From positions 5,047-69,046 of IMG/VR virus record IMGVR_UViG_2936381700_000001: a DNA stretch of 64,000 nt. One strand, 5' to 3'. Below the pieces are notes generated by a model that saw only the letters and a program-made list of their open reading frames with translations, had not been told where the DNA came from and did not search any database. The stretch is from a virus (Duplodnaviria > Caudoviricetes). The position numbers and the translations under genes were made by a program. Shown piece by piece: positions 35,205 to 45,728 of this stretch; positions within the stretch are counted from its first letter, which is position 1; every line of letters starts with the position of its first letter.

Positions 35205-35648
35205 ATGAGTGTTGTGAAGCTTTCGTCACTGCGCGCCGATCTCAAGCGCGAGGCGGAAGGTGACTGGATAGCATTCCCGGACTGGCCGGGTGTGGAGTTT
35301 CATGTGTCGTCGTTGCATCTGCCGGAATACCAGGCGGCCCGCGACGATCTGCTGACCCGCATCGCGCGGCAGGCCAAGGCGCCGGCGCCAAAAGCGGGCG
35401 AGGAGCCGCCGAAGAAGCTCGACATGAAGGTCGAGCTCGGCAAGCTCTATGCCAAGCATCTGCTGCATGACTGGCGCGGTCTCGATGTGCCCTATTCCCC
35501 CGAGACGGCAATGGAGATCATGTCGGATCCGGAATACCGCAATGTCGTGGCGGCCGTCGAATGGTGTGCTGGTCGCATGTCCGAGATCGACATCCAGTTT
35601 GCCGAGGGCGAGGTAAAAAACTCCGGAAAGCCTTCCGCAGCCGCGTAA
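35205..35648 (+). CDS. Tail assembly chaperone (gpG-like)
   Basis: Between tube and tape measure; slippery A AAA AAC near its end. Confidence 0.85.
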   Translation: MSVVKLSSLRADLKREAEGDWIAFPDWPGVEFHVSSLHLPEYQAARDDLLTRIARQAKAPAPKAGEEPPKKLDMKVELGKLYAKHLLHDWRGLDVPYSPETAMEIMSDPEYRNVVAAVEWCAGRMSEIDIQFAEGEVKNSGKPSAAA

Positions 35649-36019
35649 GCGGGCCGAAGGCGACACCGGAGCTGCTGGAATGGCTGGCTGAGCTTCACGA
35701 GGCCGAGCCTGACCAGGAATGGCTAAGGCCGCAGCAGACCGCGCTTCAGGAAAGTTTCGAGCCGCAGGCCTGGCACGATCTTTATTTTCGGGCATTCGAT
35801 GCCCTGCAGCATGACCGCTTCTACGGCGCCATGGGTGGCGAGGGGCCGATCTATTACACCGCTCTCAGCCAATATGCCCGCGACCACGGCATCACTGGCG
35901 ACCGGCTGAAGCGGTTTTACGTCTTCATGAATGCGATCGACGGCGAATGGCTGAAGATCCAGCGAGAACGCGCTGAGGCTGCGGAGGCCGAGCGCAAGAA
36001 GAAAGAGGCGCAGCGCTAG
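35615..36019 (+). CDS. -1 frameshift extension of tail assembly chaperone (gpGT-like)
   Basis: A AAA AAC at 35615-35621; -1 frame open to 36019 (KKLRKAF...GPIYYTALSQYA). Confidence 0.8.
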   Translation, partial: KKLRKAFRSRVSGPKATPELLEWLAELHEAEPDQEWLRPQQTALQESFEPQAWHDLYFRAFDALQHDRFYGAMGGEGPIYYTALSQYARDHGITGDRLKRFYVFMNAIDGEWLKIQRERAEAAEAERKKKEAQR

Positions 36020-36046
36020 GCTGCGCCATTCCTCAAAGAGGCTCAC

Positions 36047-39000
36047 TTGGCAAACGTCGAAATCCGCACGCTGCGCGTCTCGGCAGAGATGGATGCGAGC
36101 AAGTACACTGCCGGTGCGCAGCAGAAGGTCGCAGCCGATGACCGCATGAAGCAGTCTGGCAAAGGCCTCGGCGACAGCCTCACGGAAAACGATCAGAAGA
36201 TCAGTGCTGCGACGAATGTGCTGGCGAAGCTCTCGCGCCAGTACATCGACGGCTATGCGACGACGCAGAGGTTCAACCAGGCGGTCAACCAGCTGACGCG
36301 CGGCGTCGAGCTCGGAAAAATCGAGATGACGCAGGCCTCGGCCATTCTCGATGGCATCTACCGCAAGTATGGGATGATGGCCGATGCGGCTAGGATCGCC
36401 GAACGGGGGCAGATCGAGCTTTCGAAGGCTGTGCAGCAGGCGAATGCCCGGTTTGAAGAGCAGTCGAGGGTCGTGCCGGCTAATCGAATTGGAGCGGTTA
36501 TCGCCAATGACAATCAGGCCCAATTCAGGCGCCAAAATCTTGGAGCTCAAGTTCAAGATATCGGCGTTTCGCTCTACGGAGGTATGCCGGTAACGACCGT
36601 TCTGTTGCAGCAAGGTTCGCAGATCGTCGGTCTCTATGGTGGCAACGGTGGGGTTAACGCCCTTTTGAAAGACCTCGGCGTCATCATCTCAGCGGCGGCG
36701 CGCTATCTCGGCCCGTTCGCTGCCGCCGGCGCGCTGGCCTACGGCGTCTATAAGCTTTTCGCGGCCAACACCGCTGAAGCCGGGCTTGCAGTGAGTGACC
36801 TGACGAAGTCGTTGGCCGCGCAGGCTGCCCCGATGGGCGCCGTTCAGTCGCAGCTGAGCGAATTGCAGCGGCTTCAGGCGGATTATGCCAAGGCGCTGAA
36901 CACGACTGCGCGAACGCATGACGTCGCTTCGGCGGCGATCGTCGCGGGTACCGAAAGGGAGTATGAGGCGAAACGTGCGCTGCTCGAGCTCGAGCTCAAG
37001 CGGCAGGAAGCGGCTCGCGCTGTGGCCCAGTCGGAGCTGGAGATCACGTCTCTCCGTCTTCGGGCTGCGGTCGCCCAGCAGGTGACGACAAATATGGATC
37101 TTGAGCGGCAGGGCTTCTCAGATCCACGGATAGGCCGATTTACCCAATTGCCGGACAGCATCACGGGTCTGGAAAAGACCCGCGACGTCCTCGCAAACAA
37201 TCCGCTCTCGGACAAGGTGAAGGAACTCAACGCGAACCTCAGCCTGACCGACATCGCGCTGCAAAAGCTACGCGAAGGTCTCGGTCTGGTAGGGCCGGCG
37301 GCTTCCGGGCAGGTTGGACAGATCAATGAGCTTAGCAAGGCGCTCGAAGAGTTGCGCAGGGTCGGAACTGCTGCGATCTCGCCAATTGACGAGGCGACCA
37401 GGCGCGCTATGGCGGCTATTCCCGTCGTTAATGGTGTCCTCGACGAGGAAGCGCGCCGGCGCGTGCTCGCGGGCCAACGTGAGGCCCAGAGGCGGATTGA
37501 TAATCAGAATCCGACTGTGGTGAACGGTGACGGGGTCCGCGTCGGCGTGCCAATGCCCACGGCGCGGCCGAATATCGAAATGGAAGGTCTGCCAGGAGAG
37601 GAAAAGGCGGGTAAATCCGCTGCTGAGGCCTATCGCGACCTGATCAAGAACGCCAACGACCGGATCGAGCAGATGAAGCTCGAGGCGAAGATCGCGGGTG
37701 AGACGGGCATCGCCCAGCAGAAAATGCGCATGGAGCTGGAGTTGCTTCAGCAGGCGCAGGAGAAAGGGCGAACTGTAACGGCCGAGCAGCGGGCCGAGAT
37801 CGAGAAGCTATCCGAAGCCTATGCGAAAGCGGCAACCGAGGCCGCAAAGGTGCGGCTCAATGCCGATCTGCGGTTCGAGCGCGAGCAGCTCTTCCGGTCC
37901 TCGGACGATCAGCAGATTGCCTCTCGCCTGCGAGGCGTGGGGCTTCCGGTCGATCTGGACTCGCAGGAAGCGCGGGTCATGCGAGAGAACATTCGCATTC
38001 AGGAACTGCGCAATGGGGTGAAGGGCTTCTTCACCGATTTTCGCGACGGGCTGTTGCAGGGCGACAGCATCGGCAAAGCGCTTGGCGACGCCATCATCAA
38101 CGCGCTGAACAATGCGCTGACGAAGCTGACGGATCGCTGGATTGAGCAGCTCGTCAATTCGATCGTCGGAACGGGTGCTGGCGGCGGCCTCTTGGGCAGT
38201 CTTGGGATCGGTGGCGCTGGGGCGAATGACAACTTCAAGGCAAACACGACGCTAGGGCAATTAATCGGAGCAAACGATAACCTAGGGAGTGCGCCCGTCA
38301 TTCCGGTCACGCGCGGATCGCTGGGCAGTATCAGCGCCTATGCAGCGGCCATCCGGTCGATCGAGAGCAGTGGCAACTATTCGGCCCTTGGGCCGGTCAC
38401 CTCGTCCGGAGACCGCGCCTATGGAGCCTACCAGGTAATGGGGGCGAATGTCGCTCCCTGGACGCGGCAAGCCCTCGGCTACTCGCTGTCGCCATCGCAG
38501 TTCCTTGCCTCGTCGTCGGCGCAGGATGCGGTCTTTCAGAAAGTCTACGGCGGATATGTCAGTCGTTACGGGGCATCTGGCGCGGCGCAGGCCTGGTTTG
38601 GCGGCCCGGGCTCGGTCGGAGGCGGTGGCAATGCAGCCGATATGCTCGGCACCACGGGCACGCAATATGTCGATAAGTTCAACAATGCGCTGATGCGGCT
38701 ATCCGGCACGACGGAATCCGCAACCGGCGGGCTGCAGAATTTCAGCCCAGCTGTCGGCTCTGCGACCCAGAGCCTCGGCACCTTCGGAAATGGTCTGGGT
38801 CAGATGGGCAACACCCTTTCGACGGGTGCGGCAGGCGGCGGAAGCTCCGGCGGTGGCGGCCTTTTCGGCTGGCTGAGCAGCATCTTTGGCGGCGGCAGTG
38901 CATCGACGGGGGTTCCCGCGAGCTCCGTTTTCAATGTTCGCGGATATGCGGATGGAACCGATTTCGCGCCAGGTGGCCTGACAATGGTCGGCGAGCGCGG

Positions 39001-39286
39001 CCGCGAGCTCGTCAACCTGCCCCGGGGCTCCCAGGTCGTGCCGAACCACAAAACCGAAGCGATGCTCGGCGGCTCCAGGAGTCCTGCGAACGTGAACGTC
39101 AAATTCAACGTGATCAACAATAACGGTTCGAATGTGCGCACCGAGCGGCGGGACACGAACGACGGCCCGCAGTTCGACCTGATCATCGACGAGGCAGTGG
39201 CGGCAAAGCTCAACACGCCTGGTTCGCGCACGCGCCGCGCCGCCAAATCCCAGTTCGGGTTGACGGAAGGGCTGGCACGCCGATGA
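36047..39286 (+). CDS. Tape measure protein with embedded lysozyme/transglycosylase-like domain
   Basis: 1079 aa, helical; LLQQGSQI; IRSIESSGNY...AYGAYQVM; GYADGT...GERGRELV. Confidence 0.92.
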   Translation: MANVEIRTLRVSAEMDASKYTAGAQQKVAADDRMKQSGKGLGDSLTENDQKISAATNVLAKLSRQYIDGYATTQRFNQAVNQLTRGVELGKIEMTQASAILDGIYRKYGMMADAARIAERGQIELSKAVQQANARFEEQSRVVPANRIGAVIANDNQAQFRRQNLGAQVQDIGVSLYGGMPVTTVLLQQGSQIVGLYGGNGGVNALLKDLGVIISAAARYLGPFAAAGALAYGVYKLFAANTAEAGLAVSDLTKSLAAQAAPMGAVQSQLSELQRLQADYAKALNTTARTHDVASAAIVAGTEREYEAKRALLELELKRQEAARAVAQSELEITSLRLRAAVAQQVTTNMDLERQGFSDPRIGRFTQLPDSITGLEKTRDVLANNPLSDKVKELNANLSLTDIALQKLREGLGLVGPAASGQVGQINELSKALEELRRVGTAAISPIDEATRRAMAAIPVVNGVLDEEARRRVLAGQREAQRRIDNQNPTVVNGDGVRVGVPMPTARPNIEMEGLPGEEKAGKSAAEAYRDLIKNANDRIEQMKLEAKIAGETGIAQQKMRMELELLQQAQEKGRTVTAEQRAEIEKLSEAYAKAATEAAKVRLNADLRFEREQLFRSSDDQQIASRLRGVGLPVDLDSQEARVMRENIRIQELRNGVKGFFTDFRDGLLQGDSIGKALGDAIINALNNALTKLTDRWIEQLVNSIVGTGAGGGLLGSLGIGGAGANDNFKANTTLGQLIGANDNLGSAPVIPVTRGSLGSISAYAAAIRSIESSGNYSALGPVTSSGDRAYGAYQVMGANVAPWTRQALGYSLSPSQFLASSSAQDAVFQKVYGGYVSRYGASGAAQAWFGGPGSVGGGGNAADMLGTTGTQYVDKFNNALMRLSGTTESATGGLQNFSPAVGSATQSLGTFGNGLGQMGNTLSTGAAGGGSSGGGGLFGWLSSIFGGGSASTGVPASSVFNVRGYADGTDFAPGGLTMVGERGRELVNLPRGSQVVPNHKTEAMLGGSRSPANVNVKFNVINNNGSNVRTERRDTNDGPQFDLIIDEAVAAKLNTPGSRTRRAAKSQFGLTEGLARR

Positions 39287-39636
39287 CTGTTCCTTCCTGG
39301 CCCTCCAGCCTGCCGCAGATGTTCCTGCGCGATGGCTATTCCGAAGAGGGAGCCGACAATCTGATTGCGTCAAACGTTTCCGTCGGACCGGCAAAGGTCC
39401 GCCGACGCACCACTGCGAACGTGCGCCCGATCACAGGCAGCATGATGATGAACGAGACGCAATATCAGGCCTTCATCGACTTCGTGGCAGATGATCTCAA
39501 GGATAGGGCGATTGCCTTTTCCTTCCCGGATCCGCATGGCGGTTCGCCTCTGCTGGTACGGATGCGCCAGGCTGCATCCGTTGCCGCGGTCGGTATTGAC
39601 TGGCGGGTACAGATCGGTCTCGAGGTGCTGCCATGA
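39283..39636 (+). CDS. Distal tail / minor tail protein
   Basis: WPSSLPQ...GPAKVRRRTT. Confidence 0.75.
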   Translation: MTVPSWPSSLPQMFLRDGYSEEGADNLIASNVSVGPAKVRRRTTANVRPITGSMMMNETQYQAFIDFVADDLKDRAIAFSFPDPHGGSPLLVRMRQAASVAAVGIDWRVQIGLEVLP

Positions 39637-40136
39637 GCCGCGACGTCTCCAGCGGGTTCCTCAGCGCGATATATGGCCAGGAGACGGACGAGGTTCCAAT
39701 CTGTCTGCTGACCGTGACGCATGAAGAACTCGACGAACCGATCTACATCTCCAGTGACCCGACAACGCGCCTGTCCGACGATCCGCTGGTCTACGGGACG
39801 GAGAGCCGTGGCGAGCAGTATGTCTTCCTGCCGTTCGAATTCACTCTGCCAGACGACCGCAGCGACAGTCCGCCACGCGTCGAGCTGACGATGGACAATA
39901 TCGACCGCACGTTGGTGTCGATCCTCAGAACCTTCATGACGCCGCCAAGTATCAAGCTGGAGATCATCCTGGCCTCGGCCCCCGATGTCGTCGAAATCAC
40001 GATGCCGGTGCTTCAGATGTCCGACGCAACAATCGAGGATCATACGATCTCTGTGACGCTTGTTGCTGATGCTCTGCTCAATGAACCGCATCCAGCCGGG
40101 CAATTCACGCCTGGCTCTTTTCCGGGGCTGTTCTGA
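39633..40136 (+). CDS. Minor tail protein (DUF1833, gpL-like)
   Basis: LLTVTHEEL, YVFLPFEFTLP, FTPGSFPGLF. Confidence 0.8.
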   Translation: MSRDVSSGFLSAIYGQETDEVPICLLTVTHEELDEPIYISSDPTTRLSDDPLVYGTESRGEQYVFLPFEFTLPDDRSDSPPRVELTMDNIDRTLVSILRTFMTPPSIKLEIILASAPDVVEITMPVLQMSDATIEDHTISVTLVADALLNEPHPAGQFTPGSFPGLF

Positions 40137-40528
40137 TGGAGCGGTTCGTGGGTATCCCTTATGAACCGCGCGGCCGCACCTACGAGGCGGCGGATTGCTG
40201 GGGGCTGTTTCGCCTCTTCCAGCGCGACGTGCGCGGCATCATTCTGCCGTCCTATGTCGACGAACTGGAGGACTGCGAGTTCCACCGGCGTGTCTTCGCG
40301 CCGCTGGTGCGTGTGGAGAAGCAGCATAGCTGGATCGAGGTCGATCGTCCGGAATTCGGGGACGGCATCCTGATGCGCGTCGGGCGTGAGGAAAGCCATG
40401 TCGGCGCCTATATCGGCAATGGGCAAATGCTGCATTCGGAAGGGCCGCACCCTTCCCAGATCGAGCGAATGAGCGACATGCGCTGGCGTGACCGCATCAC
40501 CGGCTATTTCAGGTATTGCCCATGCTGA
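40136..40528 (+). CDS. NlpC/P60 tail tip protein (gpK-like)
   Basis: VGIPYEPRGR...DCWGL, HVGAYIG...MLHS. Confidence 0.85.
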   Translation: MERFVGIPYEPRGRTYEAADCWGLFRLFQRDVRGIILPSYVDELEDCEFHRRVFAPLVRVEKQHSWIEVDRPEFGDGILMRVGREESHVGAYIGNGQMLHSEGPHPSQIERMSDMRWRDRITGYFRYCPC

Positions 40529-43500
40529 CGGTCCGTGACGCCGCCCAGATTATCGCGCCCGAGGAGCGGGTCGATGTTTATGTGCGTCGATCGCCGCTCC
40601 GGCAGGAGCGCGAGCATATCGAAGTGCCGGCGGGGCTTTCGATCGAGGAGATTGTCGCATGCTGCGGGCTTGAGCCCGTCCGGCTGCATGTGTCGATCGC
40701 CGGTCACGTGATCGAGCAGCGGAACTGGGCGCGCGTGCGTGTGAAGCCTGGCGTGTCCGTGGTCATAGTCAAGGTTCCGGGCAAAGGTGCACTACGGGCG
40801 ATCGCCGGCCTTGTGGTGGCGCTATTCGCCGCCGTCGTCGCTCCCTGGATAGCTGGCACCTTGCTTGGCCTTACGGGAGCCGCCGCATCGTTCGCAACAG
40901 GCCTGATCGGAATGGGCATCTCTCTGGTCGGGACGATGATCATCAATGCACTATTTCCGGTGGCGAAGCCGGATTCGCTGCCGAAGACCACGACGCTCTA
41001 CTCAATCGGCGGGGCGCAGAACCAGGCGGCGCAATATGGTGCGATTCCGGAGATCTTCGGGACGCATCGGATTTCGCCTCCATACGCCGCAGGCGCTTAC
41101 ACCGAACTCGTCGGCGACGATCAGTATCTGCGCATGCTCTTCGTCGTCGGCTATGGGCCAATCGCTGTATCGGACCTGAAGATCGGTGAAACCGCTATCT
41201 CCAAGTTTGAGGATGTTGCTTACGAGATCCTGGAAGATCACACTGTCACGCCGCCGACGCTCTACACGAAGCCGGTTTACCAGGAAGATGTGTCGGTCGT
41301 CCTCGACGCCGAAACAGGCTGGGTGCAGCGCACGACCGCCGACGATGTCGACGAAGTTTCGGTGGATGTCAGCGCGCCAAGTGGCATCTACCGGTACAAG
41401 TCGTCGAACGGCAATCGCGTCAACTATACGGTCACGATCGAAGTCCAGTACAAGCTTTCGAGCAATAGCTCATGGCTCTCCTTCGGCACATTCGATCTGA
41501 CGGCGAACTCGCCACAGGCGATACGCCGGACGTTGAAGAAGAATGTCGCGCGCGGGAAATACGACGTCAGGCTGAGCAAATCGTCTCCCGATTACAGTGG
41601 GAAGGATACGGTCTCCGAGACGGTATATTGGACTGCCGTAAGAGGTCGGCGCAATGAGCCGGTGATCAGTTTCCCGAAGCCGCTGACGCTCATCGCCATG
41701 CGGATTAGAGCTACCGGGCAGCTGAACGGCACAGTCAACACGCTGAACTGTATCGCCAGCCCGAAAATCCGCGCTTGGAACGGCACGACATGGTCCTCTG
41801 GCCAGGTCACGCGGAACCCAGCTGATCACTTTCGGCAGATCCTCCAAGGCAATGCGAATGCTCGACCCGTCGATGGCACTTCGATCGACCTGGTCAGCCT
41901 GCAGGACTGGCATGCCTATTGCGAAACGAACGGCTTTACCTTCGACCTCGTGGCCAGCGATCAGAAGTCGGTCTATGACCGGCTGAGCGAAATCGCGGCC
42001 GCGGGCAGAGCGGCCGTCTCATTCCGCGACGGCCGCTGGGGCGTTGTCTGGGATATCGCGGATTCGCCGATCGTGCAGCATTTCTCGCCTCGCAATTCCG
42101 CGAATTTCTCTTCGGTCCGGGCTTATGCAGATCTCCCGCACGGCTTCCGGGTGAAATTTATCAACCGAGACAACAGCTATCTCAACGATGAGCGAGTGGT
42201 CTACGACGATGGCTACACGGAAGCCAATGCGACGAAGTTCGAGGGCATCGATTTTTCCGGCGTGACGGATCCCGATCTGATCTGGAAGCACGGGCGCTAC
42301 CATATCGCCCAGTTGCGGCTGCAGCGCGAGACCTATTCGCTGGACACCGATTTCGAGCACCTGGTGTGCACGAGGGGCGATCGGGTGCGCGTGAACCACG
42401 ACGTCGTGCTCTGGGGCGCTGGTGCAGCGAGAGTCCGGTCCGTGACCGCGTCTCCCGATGGCGTGGTTGTCGACGATCTTCTGACGATGCAGGCCGGCAA
42501 GACCTATTCTATGCGGTTCCGCGCGGCCGACGGCTCGTCAATCATACGAACGATCACGGGCGTGGACGGTGAGTTTACCTCGTTTCAGTTTTCCGACACG
42601 GGTGATCTGCCCGCGCCGGGGGATCTCGCCATGTTCGGTGAGAATGGCTTGGAAAGTGTCGTGCTGCGCGTCAAAAGCATCATGGCGCGGCAGGACCTTT
42701 CGGCGCGGCTGGAGCTAGTCGATGATGCGCCAGGTATTATGCAGGCGGACACGGGCGAAATCCCACCGTTCCAGACCGGAATCACGCCCATACCTGATTA
42801 TCGAGCTTCGGCTCCGACAGCACTTTCTTATGTCGAGACGATTTGGACGACCGCGCCGGCGACGTCCGCGATCGATCTCTCGTGGCAGGCGCCTGATGCG
42901 GGGGCGGCCGCATCCTACATTGTCCAGTATAGGGCCAATGGTGAAACTCAGTGGATCACCGCGTCGAGCGTCAGCTCGCCGGCAATTCGCCTAATTGATC
43001 TCGCGACTGGCGTCTACGATGTTCGCATTAGAGCGGTCTTTGCCACCGGCGAGTTGTCTGGCTTTCTGACTTCGACATTCACCTGCTCGATCTTTGCGTC
43101 CAATCCTGCGGATGTACAAGATTTCCGGATCGCGATCAGCGGCGACGTGGCGATGTTGCAATGGACGCTCGAGATTGATCAGGCTCTTTCGCACTGCGAG
43201 ATCCGGTTCTCGCCAGCGGTTGCTGGCGCTACCTGGCAGACGGCCTCTCAGCTGCGCACGAACGTGATCGGATCACAGGCGCAGGTTCAAGCAATGGTCG
43301 GCACCTACCTGATCAAGGCGGTGAATTATGCCGGCCTGATGTCCGTCAACGCGGCGCTGATCGTCAGTACGGTTAACCCGCTTACAGCCTTCAATGCAGT
43401 TGAGGCTCTGGAGGAGGACCCGAGTTTCGCGGGAACGAAGACGAATGTCTTTGTGGCTGGTGGCGCGTTGCGCCTGGATACCGGGGCCGACATCTTCGAA

Positions 43501-44154
43501 CTCGTCGATTGGTTCTCTGTTGCTGACTTTTTTCTGTCGATCGGCGGATTTGTCAGCGAAGGGATTTACGACTTTGCAGACATCGTCGATCTCGGCGCCG
43601 TCTACACATCTCGGGTGTCGGCAAACGTCAGCGCCTTCGGGGAGTTGGCAAGTCTGGACCTTTTTACGCGGACGGATTGGTACGGCGTGCCCGAGTATTT
43701 TGGAATTGCCTCCGATTCTCTATGGAACGTTCGCGTTGAGGTCTCTTCGACCGATGACAATCCATCCGGATCGCCAACCTGGAGCGACTGGGCAGAGCTA
43801 ACAACCGCCGACGTGTCGGCTCGGGCTTATCGTTTTAGAGCCAAACTCTTGTCGATGCAGGCCGACGTGACGCCTGTAGTTGAGACGCTCGCCGTCACAG
43901 TCGACATGCCAGACAGGGTAATCGCTGAAAACGACCTGTTAGTCTCGACCTCGGGGCGCACCATCAGTTTCTCGCCAGCCTATTACGTCCTGAGCGGCAT
44001 CTCGATCGCCGCCCAGGACATGCAGACCGGCGACTATTCAGAGATTACGGCGAAAACCGCTTCGGGCTTCACAATCAGATTCAAAAACGCAGCAGGGACG
44101 CCAGTTGCGCGGACCTTCGACTATGTGGCGAAAGGGTATGGATACGTTCAATGA
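40522..44154 (+). CDS. Tail tip / host-specificity protein (gpI+J-like) with FN3 domain
   Basis: Ubiquitin-like N-terminus, IPEIFGTHRISP, RGKYDVR, FN3 (IDLSWQAP...YDVRIRAV). Confidence 0.9.
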   Translation: MLTVRDAAQIIAPEERVDVYVRRSPLRQEREHIEVPAGLSIEEIVACCGLEPVRLHVSIAGHVIEQRNWARVRVKPGVSVVIVKVPGKGALRAIAGLVVALFAAVVAPWIAGTLLGLTGAAASFATGLIGMGISLVGTMIINALFPVAKPDSLPKTTTLYSIGGAQNQAAQYGAIPEIFGTHRISPPYAAGAYTELVGDDQYLRMLFVVGYGPIAVSDLKIGETAISKFEDVAYEILEDHTVTPPTLYTKPVYQEDVSVVLDAETGWVQRTTADDVDEVSVDVSAPSGIYRYKSSNGNRVNYTVTIEVQYKLSSNSSWLSFGTFDLTANSPQAIRRTLKKNVARGKYDVRLSKSSPDYSGKDTVSETVYWTAVRGRRNEPVISFPKPLTLIAMRIRATGQLNGTVNTLNCIASPKIRAWNGTTWSSGQVTRNPADHFRQILQGNANARPVDGTSIDLVSLQDWHAYCETNGFTFDLVASDQKSVYDRLSEIAAAGRAAVSFRDGRWGVVWDIADSPIVQHFSPRNSANFSSVRAYADLPHGFRVKFINRDNSYLNDERVVYDDGYTEANATKFEGIDFSGVTDPDLIWKHGRYHIAQLRLQRETYSLDTDFEHLVCTRGDRVRVNHDVVLWGAGAARVRSVTASPDGVVVDDLLTMQAGKTYSMRFRAADGSSIIRTITGVDGEFTSFQFSDTGDLPAPGDLAMFGENGLESVVLRVKSIMARQDLSARLELVDDAPGIMQADTGEIPPFQTGITPIPDYRASAPTALSYVETIWTTAPATSAIDLSWQAPDAGAAASYIVQYRANGETQWITASSVSSPAIRLIDLATGVYDVRIRAVFATGELSGFLTSTFTCSIFASNPADVQDFRIAISGDVAMLQWTLEIDQALSHCEIRFSPAVAGATWQTASQLRTNVIGSQAQVQAMVGTYLIKAVNYAGLMSVNAALIVSTVNPLTAFNAVEALEEDPSFAGTKTNVFVAGGALRLDTGADIFELVDWFSVADFFLSIGGFVSEGIYDFADIVDLGAVYTSRVSANVSAFGELASLDLFTRTDWYGVPEYFGIASDSLWNVRVEVSSTDDNPSGSPTWSDWAELTTADVSARAYRFRAKLLSMQADVTPVVETLAVTVDMPDRVIAENDLLVSTSGRTISFSPAYYVLSGISIAAQDMQTGDYSEITAKTASGFTIRFKNAAGTPVARTFDYVAKGYGYVQ

Positions 44155-45293
44155 GCCAGGCGACAACTTTTAGTGTACCGACCACCGGCCCGGCGACGCC
44201 AAGCGCCATGGCGGCACGCATGGATGATAGCTTCAAGGCGCTGCTTAGCAACAATTCCGGTGCCTCCCGGCCGGCTTATGCGGTCGGTGGAACGTTTTGG
44301 GTCTCCACCGCCACGGCTGGGCAGCTGAAACTCTATTTTTATGATGGCGCCGACGACATCCTGCTGATGGTAATAGACACGGCAACGAACGCGATCGTTT
44401 GGAGTGGGCTCGGATCTACCATCAATGGGCTCACTGCAAAGACAACGGCCGTCGGGGCCGACAAGCTGGGGATATGGGACAGCGCGGCAGGGGACTCGAA
44501 GAGCCTGACGCTGACGGCTCTAAGCACCTTCCTCGCGTCTCTGCTCGGTCCGGACTTTGTCGAGGGCGGGATCGTTCTGCCGAATGGATCGACCCCGCTG
44601 ACCCATCTTGATATCGCTGCCTTTAGGGTCAAGGCATTGAGCAAGTTTACATCCACGGCTGCCACGCTGACCAAAAACATCAACGGCACCTGGGTTGCCG
44701 GCAATGGCGGTGGGCTCGATACAGGCACGAAGGCGGCGAACGCCACTTATTTCGTCTATGCGCTACGCAAACAGTCGGATGGGACGGGCGAAGTGGTCCT
44801 GTCGACGTCGGCAACTGTCGGCGGCGTCAACCTGTCGCTGTTGAGCGGCTACGATGTGCTGGCGCCCATCGGAGTTGCACTGACCGATGGCAGCTCGAAC
44901 ATCCGGGAGTTCACCATGAACGCCCAGGATGAATACATATGGACAACGCCCGTTCTGGACCTCGGTAACGTCGCAACTGGCACCACTTCAACTTTAGCCG
45001 CGATCACTGTTCCTAACGGCGTAAAAGTTAAGGCAAACTTGCGGTTTATGTACAACTCTTCTGCCACGACCGCGTCATGCTTGGTCTACGATCCCGCAAA
45101 AGGCGTTCTCGTGGCCGGTGGCGGCAATTCTGGTGCCAACGTCGGTACCCCTCAAGTGGCGGGCGGTTACTCCATTGGTTCGGATGAAGTATGGACTAAC
45201 ACTGCCAAGCAAATCCGACATGTTGCTGGTGCGTCCGGTAACCTATCGCTCTGGAACGACGGATTCATTTTCCCCTGCAAGAGGATTGGATAG
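44151..45293 (+). CDS. Tail fibre / receptor-binding protein
   Basis: Gly/Thr-rich, 380 aa; GGGLDTGTKAANATY; after J. Confidence 0.75.
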   Translation: MSQATTFSVPTTGPATPSAMAARMDDSFKALLSNNSGASRPAYAVGGTFWVSTATAGQLKLYFYDGADDILLMVIDTATNAIVWSGLGSTINGLTAKTTAVGADKLGIWDSAAGDSKSLTLTALSTFLASLLGPDFVEGGIVLPNGSTPLTHLDIAAFRVKALSKFTSTAATLTKNINGTWVAGNGGGLDTGTKAANATYFVYALRKQSDGTGEVVLSTSATVGGVNLSLLSGYDVLAPIGVALTDGSSNIREFTMNAQDEYIWTTPVLDLGNVATGTTSTLAAITVPNGVKVKANLRFMYNSSATTASCLVYDPAKGVLVAGGGNSGANVGTPQVAGGYSIGSDEVWTNTAKQIRHVAGASGNLSLWNDGFIFPCKRIG

Positions 45294-45650
45294 ATGCCTT
45301 ATGTGATGCGAAACGCCGAGGGCGAAATCTGTGGCCTTTGCGAACAGCCGCAGGAAGGCTACGCCGATGAATTTCTAGCGAACAGCGATTCTGCGGTGGT
45401 CGCCTTCCTAAACAAGCCGGCCGGCGTGACAGCAGTATCCGCTCGACAATTCAAGTTGCAACTTTTGGCAGAAGGTCTCCTCGACGAGGTCGACGCATGG
45501 GTGGGGCAGCAGCCTCGCGAGGTTCAGATCGCTTACGAGTACAGCGGGACCTTCGTCATGGACAGTCCCATGATGAAGGAAGGGTTTGCAGCGATGGGTT
45601 TCACGAACGGGCAAGTACTCGAATTTTTCACCGCGGCAGCACAGCTGTAG
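45294..45650 (+). CDS. Tail fibre assembly-like protein
   Basis: VSARQFKLQLLAEGLLDEV...YEYS...FFTAAAQL. Confidence 0.7.
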   Translation: MPYVMRNAEGEICGLCEQPQEGYADEFLANSDSAVVAFLNKPAGVTAVSARQFKLQLLAEGLLDEVDAWVGQQPREVQIAYEYSGTFVMDSPMMKEGFAAMGFTNGQVLEFFTAAAQL

Positions 45651-45728
45651 GGCGGATATTCTTCTTGCAGTGGTAGTAGCGCCGCAATAATTGTGGCTCC
45701 AAACTCAAATCCACTCCAGGGAGATGAA

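Noticed and set aside
38215-38285. Repeated GANDN motif in the tape measure protein
   Set aside because: Short low-information repeat in a Gly-rich linker; no functional inference is supportable
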